A DNA stretch of 37,334 bases, from positions 1-37,334 of the forward strand of contig JAAEEL010000020.1 of the NCBI GenBank assembly GCA_013415795.1, written 5' to 3'. This document shows, piece by piece, positions 1 through 9,077 of this stretch (position 1 is its first letter; every line of letters starts with the position of its first letter). The stretch comes from Methanocellales archaeon. Lineage in GTDB: Archaea > Halobacteriota > UBA148. The translations under genes and the position numbers were made by a program. Below the pieces are notes generated by a model that worked only from the letters and a program-made list of their open reading frames with translations, did no database searches and was not told the DNA's origin.

Positions 1-788
1 TGGGATGCATCCAATAATTCATACAAGCCAGATTCATCCGTATATGAAACATCGAATACTCCAAGAATCTTTTGTTGTAGTTCGTGATGTAGGTATTCGC
101 CTGCAATGAATTCATCCTTTGTCGGACTTGGCCCACCGATAATAATGCCCTCCAGATCCTTGATACCAAGAAATATCTCGCTTGCCTTGTCGCCAATCCT
201 CTTATAAAATTCGTTTATCGATACCAGTCTCAATCTTTCGAATCTGCGCGAAGATTGCCCCCCCTTTCTCTGTTTGCCTGGAACATTAGACGTCATGTGT
301 TTGATTGTTTCGACACTTTTCCTATGAAGCAATCCAATAGTTGCCTCCCTCCTATCTAATACAAGTAAACCATAGTTTTTCTTCTCCTCGAGCATTTCCT
401 CTAGAGGCGTAAGTACAAACTCAGAACCACACCTATATTGATATGACATAATGGGTTCAGGTGGCTCCAGAACCAAGGTCTCCATCGTGGTCTTATCTCC
501 ACCAAGTGAGATATTTCCACAAAAAAGAGCCATTCCGTTTTCAGGGGGTTTTCTAAAGTACTTAAGCCTGGCCATGATTGAGGATAATGCACTCTGGACA
601 TTGGTCCTAGTTGATTTTGATTTTATGTTTGATGCTTGACCGTGTTCATCTCTCAACTGCGACACGACATCAGATATCTGCTTATCTGGAGGGATGTATA
701 TCGTAATCAACTCTGTGCCTTTTCCGGTTTTTTCCCTTAACTCCTCTAATTTCCTTTTGAACTCGTATTTTTTACGCGCCTCTAACAT
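1..788 (-). CDS. prf1: Peptide chain release factor aRF1, N-terminal ~262 codons (3' end lies beyond the left window edge)
   Basis: Absent from the ORF track because it is edge-truncated. My translation of the minus strand from the ATG (complement of 786-788) reads MLEARKKYEFKRKLEELREKTGKGTELITIYIPPDKQISDVV...QASNIKSKSTR...GKQRKGGQSSRRFERL... with no stop down to position 1. NIKS and GGQ are the aRF1/eRF1 signature motifs. AGGGG lies 7 nt upstream of the ATG. Confidence 0.9.
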   Translation of the reverse strand, partial: MLEARKKYEFKRKLEELREKTGKGTELITIYIPPDKQISDVVSQLRDEHGQASNIKSKSTRTNVQSALSSIMARLKYFRKPPENGMALFCGNISLGGDKTTMETLVLEPPEPIMSYQYRCGSEFVLTPLEEMLEEKKNYGLLVLDRREATIGLLHRKSVETIKHMTSNVPGKQRKGGQSSRRFERLRLVSINEFYKRIGDKASEIFLGIKDLEGIIIGGPSPTKDEFIAGEYLHHELQQKILGVFDVSYTDESGLYELLDAS

Positions 789-798
789 TCAAAAACCC

Positions 799-1137
799 CT
801 AAAACTCATACTCAATATCAAATGTGCATTTATAATCCTCAAAAATATCTCCGAATGCTTGGTAAAAATAGTCACATGCGCTTTTTAGACCATTTTTACC
901 ATCAATTGTGAGTTTGTATATGCGCATTTTCCCTACTTGCTCAGATTGGACTAATCCTTTACTCTCCAAATCCTTGAGTGTTGGATATAAAGTTCCGGGA
1001 TTTGGGGTATATCCTTTCCTCTTCGCTATTTCTCCTGCTATCTCTTGTCCATACATTTGTTTTTTGGATAACAACCAGAGGATCATGAATGATAACATAC
1101 CTCGCATATCACAACATGATGGCGGACTATATCTCAT
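799..1137 (-). CDS. PadR-family winged-helix transcriptional regulator
   Basis: 112-aa ORF with the PadR-like core MILWLLSKKQMYGQEIAGEI...PGTLYPTLKDLESKGLV. Its stop is only 10 nt upstream of the aRF1 start. The true start may be the internal Met at 1107. Confidence 0.8.
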   Translation of the reverse strand: MRYSPPSCCDMRGMLSFMILWLLSKKQMYGQEIAGEIAKRKGYTPNPGTLYPTLKDLESKGLVQSEQVGKMRIYKLTIDGKNGLKSACDYFYQAFGDIFEDYKCTFDIEYEF

Positions 1138-1148
1138 ATGATTATTAT

Positions 1149-1158
1149 TGGACGTCCA
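1149..1158. promoter_or_regulatory. Perfect 10-bp palindrome TGGACGTCCA, 11 nt upstream of the padR ORF start; candidate autoregulatory operator
   Basis: Read directly from the sequence. The operator role is only inferred from its position relative to a dimeric wHTH regulator gene. Confidence 0.25.
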
Positions 1159-1227
1159 TTGATTTTAAATGTTATGGTCACTAGTGTTTATATTGTACAC
1201 CAAATACATAAATAAAATAAGAAGCTG

Positions 1228-2472
1228 TCAGCGGTTTGATATAGTCCTATTATAGACATATCCAAAAGCAAGTCCTATGTCACCGAGATCTAGAACAAAA
1301 TAGTGTATGTTAAGTAGATGCTTTAAAAGCATTGCAAGATAGCCTGAGAAGGTAAGTTTTCTTATAATGGGGAGATTAACTATGTCAGCCACTGCGTATT
1401 TGCCTCCGATAGATACCACGGTTCCATGTATCTTAGGTTTATATGCCTTCTTATCTGCACCCTTAAATTCAGCTATGATGTTATTGGCAGCACAATCTGC
1501 TGTCTGAAGGGCTGCTTCGACAAATTGCGGTAGAGGTTTTTCATCATCGGTGATGAAATATGCACAATCTCCAATTGCATACACCCCAGGATGATCAGTA
1601 ACCTGTAAATATTTGTTGACCTCTATTCGGTTTCGTCCACAGGTCTTTAACTCCAAACTATCGATAAGGTGATTTCCACGAATGCCCCCCATCCAGATCA
1701 AAGTTCTGGTCGTGATCTTCTCACCCGATTTAAGTTCTACTTGGTTCATTCTTGCTCTTGTAACTGGTGAATTTACCATTATCTTAACGCCCTTTGATCT
1801 TAGGATTCTCTTAGATTTATCGACGAGAATTGGTTGTAGGGTGGACAAGATATCTGGCAGAGCTTCCACCAAAATTAAATTTATTTGTTCCCGAGAGATG
1901 TTGTATTTTCTGGATAAATCTATAAACCATTCAGATAATTCACCGGCAATCTCAACTCCAGTAAGACCTCCACAACATAAAACAAAGTTGAGTAACTCCC
2001 TTCTTTTTACCTCATCTTGTTCCTTCTGAGCAGAGGCAAATATGTGCTCTATATGGGCCTTTATCCTAATTACATCTTCGAGACCCCATAAAGGAAAACT
2101 GTGTTCCCGCATTCCAGAAATGTTGAAGAATTCTTGCTCACTACCGACTGCAAAGATAAGATAATCATATTTCAAGATATCAGTCTCAGTCGAAACTTTT
2201 CGCTGCTGGAAATCTATTTTCTTGACTTCTCCCTTTAAAAACGATGCATGATTAACATATTTTTTTATCGGAGTTGTCACTAACTTTGGTTCAATCCTAT
2301 TTCCCACCACCTCATGCAACTCAGCCAATCTTATGTGCACATCATTTTTGTCGATTAGCGTAATACTAGTATACTTACCCAAAGATCGGCTTAATTTTCT
2401 AGTAGCATGAAGTCCTGCATATCCTGCACCTATGATGATGATGTTTTTTTTGTTTTGCAAAATAAACAACAA
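1228..2472 (-). CDS. FAD-dependent pyridine nucleotide-disulfide oxidoreductase, type II NADH dehydrogenase (NDH-2)-like
   Basis: 414-aa ORF with two Rossmann dinucleotide motifs (IIIIGAGYAG near the N-terminus, CCGGGLTGVEIAGEL mid-protein) and GDCA near the C-terminal third. It uses a TTG start; no nearby ATG. Confidence 0.8.
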   Translation of the reverse strand: MLFILQNKKNIIIIGAGYAGLHATRKLSRSLGKYTSITLIDKNDVHIRLAELHEVVGNRIEPKLVTTPIKKYVNHASFLKGEVKKIDFQQRKVSTETDILKYDYLIFAVGSEQEFFNISGMREHSFPLWGLEDVIRIKAHIEHIFASAQKEQDEVKRRELLNFVLCCGGLTGVEIAGELSEWFIDLSRKYNISREQINLILVEALPDILSTLQPILVDKSKRILRSKGVKIMVNSPVTRARMNQVELKSGEKITTRTLIWMGGIRGNHLIDSLELKTCGRNRIEVNKYLQVTDHPGVYAIGDCAYFITDDEKPLPQFVEAALQTADCAANNIIAEFKGADKKAYKPKIHGTVVSIGGKYAVADIVNLPIIRKLTFSGYLAMLLKHLLNIHYFVLDLGDIGLAFGYVYNRTISNR

Positions 2473-2521
2473 CCACTGAAATCAAAGATTGTAGATGTGT
2501 GTCTCTATCTGGAGGGCTATA

Positions 2522-3268
2522 CTATTGCGTTAACCACCCACCATCTACGAACAGAGTAATACCGTTGACAAAGTTTGACTCACCTGAGGCGAGGAACGAA
2601 GCAGCATTTGCTATATCTTCTGGCTGACCTATCCTACCGAACGGGGTTACCCCAAGCAACATCTGCTTGATTGCAGGATCTGCTAACATCTCCCTCGTCA
2701 TAGGAGTCTCGATAGAACCAGGACCGATGGCATTCACATTGATGTTTTTTGGCGCCAATTCCAATGCCATTTCTCTGGTAAGGTTAATGACTCCACCCTT
2801 AGATGCACAGTATGCAGATGAATTTGCGAAGCCAACTTGTCCAGCAACAGATGCGAGATTAATTATCTTGCCACCTCCTCGCTTAAGCATTTCCTTCACA
2901 ACACGCTTGGAGCAAAGGAATGCCCCCTTAAGATTGATGTCCAGTACCTTGTCCCAGTCTGCCTCTGTAGTCTCCAAAAGTGGCTTTTGAATGAAAATGC
3001 CTGCATTGTTTACCAGTATGTCGATTTTCCCGAAGTTGTTGATGGTCTCGGTTACCATTCGATCGACGTCTGAGGAATTAGAAACATCCATTTTTATGAC
3101 CAGAGAATTTCGACCGAGAGCTTCGATTTCTTTGGCAGTATTTTGGGCACCTTCCAAATTTAAGTCCGGGATAACGATGTCTGCCCCTTCCTTAGCAAAA
3201 CGCAGAGCTATTCCTCTCCCAATTCCAGACCCTGCACCAGTTACTATTGCCACCTTACCTTTGAGCAT
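2522..3268 (-). CDS. Short-chain dehydrogenase/reductase (FabG / glucose 1-dehydrogenase-like)
   Basis: 248 aa with TGAGSGIG cofactor motif, NNAG, and the catalytic YxxxK (YCASK). GGTGAT lies 6 nt upstream of the ATG. Confidence 0.85.
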   Translation of the reverse strand: MLKGKVAIVTGAGSGIGRGIALRFAKEGADIVIPDLNLEGAQNTAKEIEALGRNSLVIKMDVSNSSDVDRMVTETINNFGKIDILVNNAGIFIQKPLLETTEADWDKVLDINLKGAFLCSKRVVKEMLKRGGGKIINLASVAGQVGFANSSAYCASKGGVINLTREMALELAPKNINVNAIGPGSIETPMTREMLADPAIKQMLLGVTPFGRIGQPEDIANAASFLASGESNFVNGITLFVDGGWLTQ

Positions 3269-3607
3269 ATAATATCACCGACAGTGAAAAAGAACACATT
3301 TGGTTATTAATTTTTCCACTGAAAAAATTAAAAATCAATTAGAATGTCAAGCATACCAGCATACTGAGCAGGTTGATACCTACTAACATAACGAAAACAC
3401 TGCAACAATTCCCATTAAAACCATAATAGTGATTCTATTCTCCAACACAATTTGATACATTATAGTCATGGGAAAATCATGCAAACCAATTGAATGTATT
3501 GGATAAGATACGGCTCCAAACATATATATGAAGATATTTGACCAATCGGAAATTTTCTGTTCTGAATATTTAGATGGCTTATGTGGACATGCCTTACCAT
3601 CAAATTA

Positions 3608-4297
3608 TCACTTATTATAAGAGGAGATGATCTCTGTTCCAAAATGATAATTTTTGATCACGGCATCGACTATATTTTTCGGATCGGTACCATTTAGCAC
3701 TATCGTAGGAATCTTAGACCTCTCGATGATCTTTGCCGCAAGGGGATCAATAACTGACTCTGCACCTGCCTTCATCTCAGATTTCATCACAATCTCGACC
3801 AACTGCTCCGGCGTGATCTTGTCAAGCTTTTTTGCACTTGGTTCAACTCTTGGATCCGAGGTATAAACTCCATCGACCGATGTTGCGTTAACGAATAGGT
3901 CTGCTTTAACAAATTCAGACAATATTGCTGCAGTAGCATCTGTTGTTTGTCCTGGAATGACACCACCCATTACAACTATTTTTTCAGAGGATGCAAAACT
4001 TTCAGCTTCTTTATAATCTAGGGGGGGTATGGGATATGCGTCTTCTGATAGAGCTGAAATCAATAAACGTGCGTTCAATCTCGTCAGATCGATGCCTATA
4101 AGATCACAAAACGCTTCATTCGCACCTAAATTCCTTGCAATGCGGATATATTCACGCGCCATAGCACCTCCTCCGACGGTAATGAAAACCTTATGTTGAG
4201 CTGCTATCTCCTTTATCGCCTTTGCATATTCCTTGAAACTTTTCGAGTGCAAATTGGGCGCAATTATTGAACCACCTATTGCTATTACTACTATCAT
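3608..4297 (-). CDS. pyrH: UMP kinase (archaeal type)
   Basis: Amino-acid-kinase fold motifs IAIGGS, VTVGGGAMAREY and VMGGVIPGQTTD. I place the start at the internal ATG (complement of 4295-4297, MIVVIAIGGS). The 18 extra codons of the longest ORF are hydrophobic and not kinase-like. Confidence 0.85.
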   Translation of the reverse strand: MIVVIAIGGSIIAPNLHSKSFKEYAKAIKEIAAQHKVFITVGGGAMAREYIRIARNLGANEAFCDLIGIDLTRLNARLLISALSEDAYPIPPLDYKEAESFASSEKIVVMGGVIPGQTTDATAAILSEFVKADLFVNATSVDGVYTSDPRVEPSAKKLDKITPEQLVEIVMKSEMKAGAESVIDPLAAKIIERSKIPTIVLNGTDPKNIVDAVIKNYHFGTEIISSYNK

Positions 4298-4693
4298 GGA
4301 TAGATTGTTACATGTATATGGTATAAATAAATAACATAAACCCAAAAGCAAGATATTCTGATTGCATTATTTTTAGGATCATAATTCTACAGGCATTGCA
4401 TGATGTGGAAAGGTCAGTAGAGTTTTATAGGTATAACGTAATTATAACTTTGAATCATGCTCATAAAATTGCAAGAAAGCTTCAAATCCTGCAATAAAAT
4501 ACAAAAAACGTTTTCTGTGTGGGTTTATCAGTTAGGATCGAATAGATTCTATTATAGTTCAGTGATAATTCTTGATATTAGAAAAAAAAAGTGACTAGTC
4601 TCAGAAAGAATATTAGAAAGGTAGATATAGCAAGTCATACAAATATTAAAATAGTAGGGGGTGGTGCAGAAGTCAAAACAGTAGAGGGATACG

Positions 4694-5140
4694 TTGAGAT
4701 TTAAATCGGCTTTCATGATTGGGATGGGATTGCTTCTGATTACGATGCCGATCGTGTCAGCTGCAGATACTCAAAGATCTAATTATATTCACATCGAAAA
4801 TGTGACCATGACTTTCGATGGATCCGATGTGAATGTTACCGTTAAATACAAACTTGATTTATTCGCTAAAATATACATGCTGCTTTTTGGTCCTAAAGTT
4901 GTAGAGCCGAAATTAGAGGGCATATTTGCTAACTTCGAAAATGCAGAGATCAAAAATATATCCCAAGATAGTGCGGAGATATTTGCCGTTAATGTGCTGA
5001 TAAACGAGGGTGAAACCTATCGAATCAGCCCACATAAACTGGGACAAGAGGTAGATATACTCATCATAGTGTTTCCAGACAACCACACCATTACCTTTGA
5101 TGATATAAATACAGTGCCATCCATAACTTACTCATACTGA
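4694..5140 (+). CDS. Hypothetical secreted/exported protein
   Basis: 148-aa ORF with a TTG start, preceded by AGAGGGA. The N-terminus MRFKSAFMIGMGLLLITMPIVSA/AD looks like a signal peptide. I recognise no family. Its 3' end overlaps the convergent gene by 9 nt. Confidence 0.5.
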   Translation: MRFKSAFMIGMGLLLITMPIVSAADTQRSNYIHIENVTMTFDGSDVNVTVKYKLDLFAKIYMLLFGPKVVEPKLEGIFANFENAEIKNISQDSAEIFAVNVLINEGETYRISPHKLGQEVDILIIVFPDNHTITFDDINTVPSITYSY

Positions 5141-5524
5141 TCGCTTCTTAGGCTTCTTAACACTTTTACCAAAAATGGATGGCAAGTGAACTACATATGT
5201 TCCATTTTCTTTAAGTGCCATGATAATTTCTTTTCGATCAAGCAGGGTTTTGATGTTCAGTTCATATGAACCGGGACCTAGTATCTTTATACTTTCAATC
5301 CTTTTGACGTCCTCGGTGCTTTTTACGCCCTCGGTGATCGCTTCTGACTTTTCGTCAATATCTGCTTTGCTTATCAGTTCATCTACATCAGATGCCTTTG
5401 GATCAGCTTGTTCTTCACCCATTACATATAGAAATTTGTTCCAACCACAACTTGGACAACCACTTAGAATCTCAGGCGATCCGTCCCTGAACAACTGCCC
5501 GCATCTAGTACATTTATGTGGCAT
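5132..5524 (-). CDS. Zn-ribbon protein (archaeal DUF2072-like)
   Basis: 130 aa. The N-terminal ribbon is CTRCGQLFRDGSPEILSGCPSCG, followed by an acidic linker and a conserved-looking C-terminal domain. It is the last gene of the GTPase cassette. Confidence 0.7.
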   Translation of the reverse strand: MPHKCTRCGQLFRDGSPEILSGCPSCGWNKFLYVMGEEQADPKASDVDELISKADIDEKSEAITEGVKSTEDVKRIESIKILGPGSYELNIKTLLDRKEIIMALKENGTYVVHLPSIFGKSVKKPKKRSV

Positions 5525-5532
5525 CTTTACCC

Positions 5533-5937
5533 CTATGATCGTACAGAAACCATTGCGCTGATAAAACCATGATCTCTTTTCAGCGTCTTTAGCTGATCTG
5601 CAGGTCCTACGACCGTCAATCGAGTTTCTATAACTTTTTTACCCAGGAGCCTATCAAGTAGGGAAGATTTTTGTCTGCTAGGATAGCTTTCTATTTCGAT
5701 GCCTACGAAGTTGTCTGGTTCAATCTCAGCCATTGTTGTTTCGATTAACTTCGTTTCCTCTTCTGGCGTTAAACCTCTTTCGAGAATGACGATGTTGCCT
5801 TTCCTAACCCCTTCCAGAATGAGGTTTATTTTCTCCATGGAGGTCATAGTTGATATAAAGTCTTCTGATATCATATCTATCTGAACGCCTTCCACCTTAG
5901 TCTTTCTCTTGGTCTTCTTAGCCATCGTATCACCCAA
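5533..5937 (-). CDS. Conserved archaeal protein (DUF2073-like)
   Basis: 134 aa with a basic N-terminal patch KKTKRKTK followed by an acidic globular part. Its start overlaps the GTPase stop by 8 nt. The family name is recalled from memory and not searched. Confidence 0.65.
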   Translation of the reverse strand: MGDTMAKKTKRKTKVEGVQIDMISEDFISTMTSMEKINLILEGVRKGNIVILERGLTPEEETKLIETTMAEIEPDNFVGIEIESYPSRQKSSLLDRLLGKKVIETRLTVVGPADQLKTLKRDHGFISAMVSVRS

Positions 5938-6565
5938 ATTGGTTAGCTATTGCTTCATAGAGTTTATCAATGTTTAACCCCTCCAAAGCAGAAATAGGAA
6001 TTACGGGATGCTGCGGAAATGCGCTCTTTATCCTAGCTGGTGATGCTTCCTGCAGGTCTATCTTATTGGCAATGATCAACAGTGGTAATTCTCGTGCTTC
6101 CATGTTGCCAACAACTGTAACATTTACCTGTGTGAAGGGGTCCTCTGTAGAGTCCATTATCAACAAAATTCCATCCAGATCATCCAACCATTTGATTGCT
6201 TCGATAACGCCTTCTGTTGCCTCTTTAGCGCGACGCTTAGCCTCCTCCTCCTCTAATCCAAATGCCATGAAATCGTGAAAATCGACTTTCGTCGCTAAAC
6301 CTGGTGTGTCAACGATATCTAAAGTCAAAGTTGCATCATCGGCATTGATTATTACGCCCTCTCTTCTCCTAGCTCGACGAGTCTCATGTGGAATCTCCGA
6401 CACAGAGCCCATCACATCTCCACTCCAATCCCGAATGATTCGGTTGGCCAAAGTAGTCTTTCCTGCACTTGGGGGACCATATATGCCTATGCGCGTCGCC
6501 TTCTTTTTGAATACCTTTTTAATCCATGTTGGCAGAATGCGCTTGATACCTTTTATTATGTCCAT
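5930..6565 (-). CDS. Small P-loop GTPase (Era/Arf-like, archaeal)
   Basis: G1 GPPSAGKT, G3 DTPG, G4 NKID. I place the start at the internal ATG (complement of 6563-6565, MDIIKGIKR), which has GAGGGG just upstream. The 24 extra codons of the longest ORF (to 6637) look non-coding. Confidence 0.85.
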   Translation of the reverse strand: MDIIKGIKRILPTWIKKVFKKKATRIGIYGPPSAGKTTLANRIIRDWSGDVMGSVSEIPHETRRARRREGVIINADDATLTLDIVDTPGLATKVDFHDFMAFGLEEEEAKRRAKEATEGVIEAIKWLDDLDGILLIMDSTEDPFTQVNVTVVGNMEARELPLLIIANKIDLQEASPARIKSAFPQHPVIPISALEGLNIDKLYEAIANQFG

Positions 6566-6689
6566 CTCATCCCCTCTTATACATAATAATACATAAAAAT
6601 TACAGTACCATACATATATATATGTCTCTATTGACATGGTCGTGACCCTTTTATATCTTTAAACCTTACTATCAAGATGGCGTGTTGAA

Positions 6690-7241
6690 ATGGAAACGAG
6701 AATGTCAGTGCGAGAAATCATGACAAGAGAGGTGGTTACCGCTGAGAAGGACACGAAGGCATCAAAAGCAGGAGAGATGATGATAAAACAAAAAGTGGGC
6801 AGCTTGATCGTGACTGAGAAAGGTGAGCCCACTGGTGTTGTGACCGAACGAGACCTTGTGCTAAAAATTATCTCAAAGGACTTGAAGCCAAGTTCTATGA
6901 CTCTGAAAGACATAATGACTAAACCACTTGTCACCATTGAACCCAACGAAAGCATTAGTGAAGCAGCACGAAAAATGATTAGATTGGGTATAAGACGCTT
7001 GCCTGTCATCGAAAATGGAAAACTAGTTGGTATTGTTACCGATACTGATATGATTGCAGTTTCTTCTGAGCTTACTTATATTCTTTCGGATATCATCGAG
7101 ATGAGTCGAGAACACATCTCATTTAACGAAAGTAAAAAATTAACACAGAGTATTTGTGAGAAATGTGGATGTTTTACGTCGTCTTTAGAGCTCGTAAACG
7201 GAACGCTAGTCTGTGATAGCTGTAAAGATGAAGGGTTTTAG
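6690..7241 (+). CDS. CBS-pair domain protein with C-terminal Zn-ribbon
   Basis: 183 aa with two CBS repeats (REIMTREVVT..., LKDIMTKPLVT...RRLPVIENGKLVGIVTDTD) and a C-terminal CEKCG...CDSC ribbon. Confidence 0.85.
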   Translation: METRMSVREIMTREVVTAEKDTKASKAGEMMIKQKVGSLIVTEKGEPTGVVTERDLVLKIISKDLKPSSMTLKDIMTKPLVTIEPNESISEAARKMIRLGIRRLPVIENGKLVGIVTDTDMIAVSSELTYILSDIIEMSREHISFNESKKLTQSICEKCGCFTSSLELVNGTLVCDSCKDEGF

Positions 7242-7262
7242 TATAATATTTGGGAGGAGTGA

Positions 7263-8024
7263 TTGAAAACTATGAAGGTCCAAAGCATAATGTCTAAAAA
7301 TCCGGTATTTGTCAAAGACGAGGAGTTTATTACTAGGGCGCGTCAATTGATCCGAGACTCACACTTCAGGAGCTTGCCTGTCATTGATGATGCTCGAAAA
7401 GTCACTGGAATGATAACTGAAGAAGGCGTTCTAAAGATTACGTCCACAAAGTCAAATGTGACCGTCCGAGGATTCGTCCGCGAGTGCCCGATAGTTACAC
7501 CTTTATGTGATATAAGAGATGTCGCGATGACGATGGCAAATGTAAAAATGGGGGGATTGCCCGTAGTTAGGTCCTCACAAGATAGGGAATTGTTGGGAAT
7601 GGTCAGTATGGTAGACATATTTAAAAATATAGATCTCAATAAGGTTCCTAACAAAGAGGTAAAGGAGATAATGACCTCCAAAGTGAAAGCTTTTTCCCCT
7701 AAAGACCCGGTATCGAAGATCTGGGCGAACATCCTCGAACTCGGATATTCTGGGTTCCCTGTAATCAAAAGTAATAGAGAGATTGTTGGAGTGATCACTC
7801 GACAAGACATAATCAGAGCTGGTTGTGCCAGGAGCGGTAAGGAGTCTCCCCCAGTAGAAAAGATAATGAGTACCCATGTATACTCGGTTACTCCTGAGTC
7901 TACAATAAAAGAGGCCGCATTAATGATGATGAAACATGACATAGGTAGATTGCCTGTTGAAAAAAATGGCAAATTGGTTGGAATAGTTGACAGATATGAC
8001 CTGACAGAATCGGTGATAAGATGA
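7263..8024 (+). CDS. CBS domain protein (four CBS repeats)
   Basis: 253 aa with repeated ...IM(S/T)x..V....(L/G)LPV(V/I)....(L/V)(V/L)G(M/I)(V/I)... units. The start is either TTG 7263 or ATG 7272; GGGAGGAG lies at 7251-7258. Confidence 0.85.
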   Translation: MKTMKVQSIMSKNPVFVKDEEFITRARQLIRDSHFRSLPVIDDARKVTGMITEEGVLKITSTKSNVTVRGFVRECPIVTPLCDIRDVAMTMANVKMGGLPVVRSSQDRELLGMVSMVDIFKNIDLNKVPNKEVKEIMTSKVKAFSPKDPVSKIWANILELGYSGFPVIKSNREIVGVITRQDIIRAGCARSGKESPPVEKIMSTHVYSVTPESTIKEAALMMMKHDIGRLPVEKNGKLVGIVDRYDLTESVIR

Positions 8025-8926
8025 GGGGGCTTGAAAGCAGCTCTTCACAAGATAGGGGGCCCATAGAGTTCAAATCACGAGTTTCGTCTCGTCCCGGAGA
8101 TGTGATGATGGTCGCATCCAAGGATGTGGTCAGCGTTCCACCTACTATGACGATCATGGGCGTCGTGAAAACGATGGTAACATATGGCTTTCGGAGAATA
8201 CCCGTCGCAGATGCTGGAACGAATCGGCTCGTAGGAATCATTACATCTATTGACCTGATAGATTTCTTTGGAGGGGGAGAGCGATATAATCTGGTCGAGA
8301 ATAAGTATGGCGGAAATCTGCTAGCTGCCATAAACGCTGAGGCTCGAGAGATAATGGAAAATGATGTGATAACACTGACAGAGGATAAATCCCTAAAGGA
8401 TGCTTTGAACTCGATGATCAAGTATAACACTGGCGGATTGCCTATAGTAGATTATAAGAGTCGGATAACCGGAATAATCTCTGAGCGCGTCTTCATGGGT
8501 TTGATTGCAGGGAAGAATACCGGAAAATTCGTCAAAGAATACATGAATGAACGCGTGTTAACGGCTAGTCCTAACATTTCTTTAAAGGAGGCGACCAAAA
8601 TTATGGTCAGTAACGTGTTTAGGAGATTGCCCGTCGTCGTTGATGGCTTATTATTAGGAATAATTAATGCAACAGATATCGTCAAGTTTCTTGGTAGTGG
8701 TGAAGCATTTAGCAAACTAATCACCGGACATATAAACGATGCTTTTGGTTTGCCCATTAAGACGCTTATGTCCTCTGAAGTCGTAACAATAGAACCTGAT
8801 GTCGACATTGGCATTGCAGCCGAGATGATGACGAAAAAAGACGTTGGATCACTGCCTGTTCTAAAGGAAGGAAAATTGGCAGGAATAATCACTGAAAGTG
8901 ATTTTTTAAGAGCGCTGGCTGATTGA
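8021..8926 (+). CDS. CBS domain protein (four CBS repeats)
   Basis: 301 aa. It shares a 4-nt ATGA overlap with the previous CBS gene. It contains repeated RR(I/L)PV...GI(I/T)(T/S)..D motifs. Confidence 0.85.
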   Translation: MRGLESSSSQDRGPIEFKSRVSSRPGDVMMVASKDVVSVPPTMTIMGVVKTMVTYGFRRIPVADAGTNRLVGIITSIDLIDFFGGGERYNLVENKYGGNLLAAINAEAREIMENDVITLTEDKSLKDALNSMIKYNTGGLPIVDYKSRITGIISERVFMGLIAGKNTGKFVKEYMNERVLTASPNISLKEATKIMVSNVFRRLPVVVDGLLLGIINATDIVKFLGSGEAFSKLITGHINDAFGLPIKTLMSSEVVTIEPDVDIGIAAEMMTKKDVGSLPVLKEGKLAGIITESDFLRALAD

Positions 8927-8967
8927 TATAAAAGGTAAGGATTCAATGAGTTCTTGGTGTACTTAGA

Positions 8968-9011
8968 TTTTCTTTTTCTGTATCTTATTCAGATGATTTT
9001 TCAAAAAAAAA
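8968..9011. terminator. Candidate bidirectional oligo-T terminator region between convergent genes
   Basis: The plus strand has TTTTCTTTTTCT (about 8968-8979) and T5 (8997-9001). A9 at 9003-9011 reads as T9 on the minus strand. Archaeal termination at oligo-T tracts is established; its use here is inferred. Confidence 0.4.
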
Positions 9012-9077
9012 TAATCGCATCATATATCAACCTAAACATCGACAAAAACCATCAATTAGAGAGGGGGTTCCGGTGAC

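Noticed and set aside
401-639. Track ORFs 401..601 (-) and 451..639 (+)
   Set aside because: Both lie inside, and out of frame with, the edge-truncated aRF1 gene. That gene has NIKS/GGQ motifs and an uninterrupted frame across 1-788, so these are shadow ORFs.
3383-3523. 46-codon minus-strand ORF (MFGAVSYPIHSIGLHDFPMTIMYQIVLENRITIMVLMGIVAVFSLC) in the 340-bp SDR/pyrH gap
   Set aside because: It has no SD and no recognisable family. Apart from one hydrophobic tail it looks random. I could not distinguish it from a chance ORF without comparative data.
7343-8946. Long antisense ORFs opposite the CBS genes (7343..7972, 7900..8430, 8452..8946, all minus)
   Set aside because: Their translations are low-complexity and Ser/Ile/Thr/Phe-rich with no motifs. 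The plus-strand frames show repeated textbook CBS units with coupled starts. These are typical shadow ORFs in AT-rich DNA.
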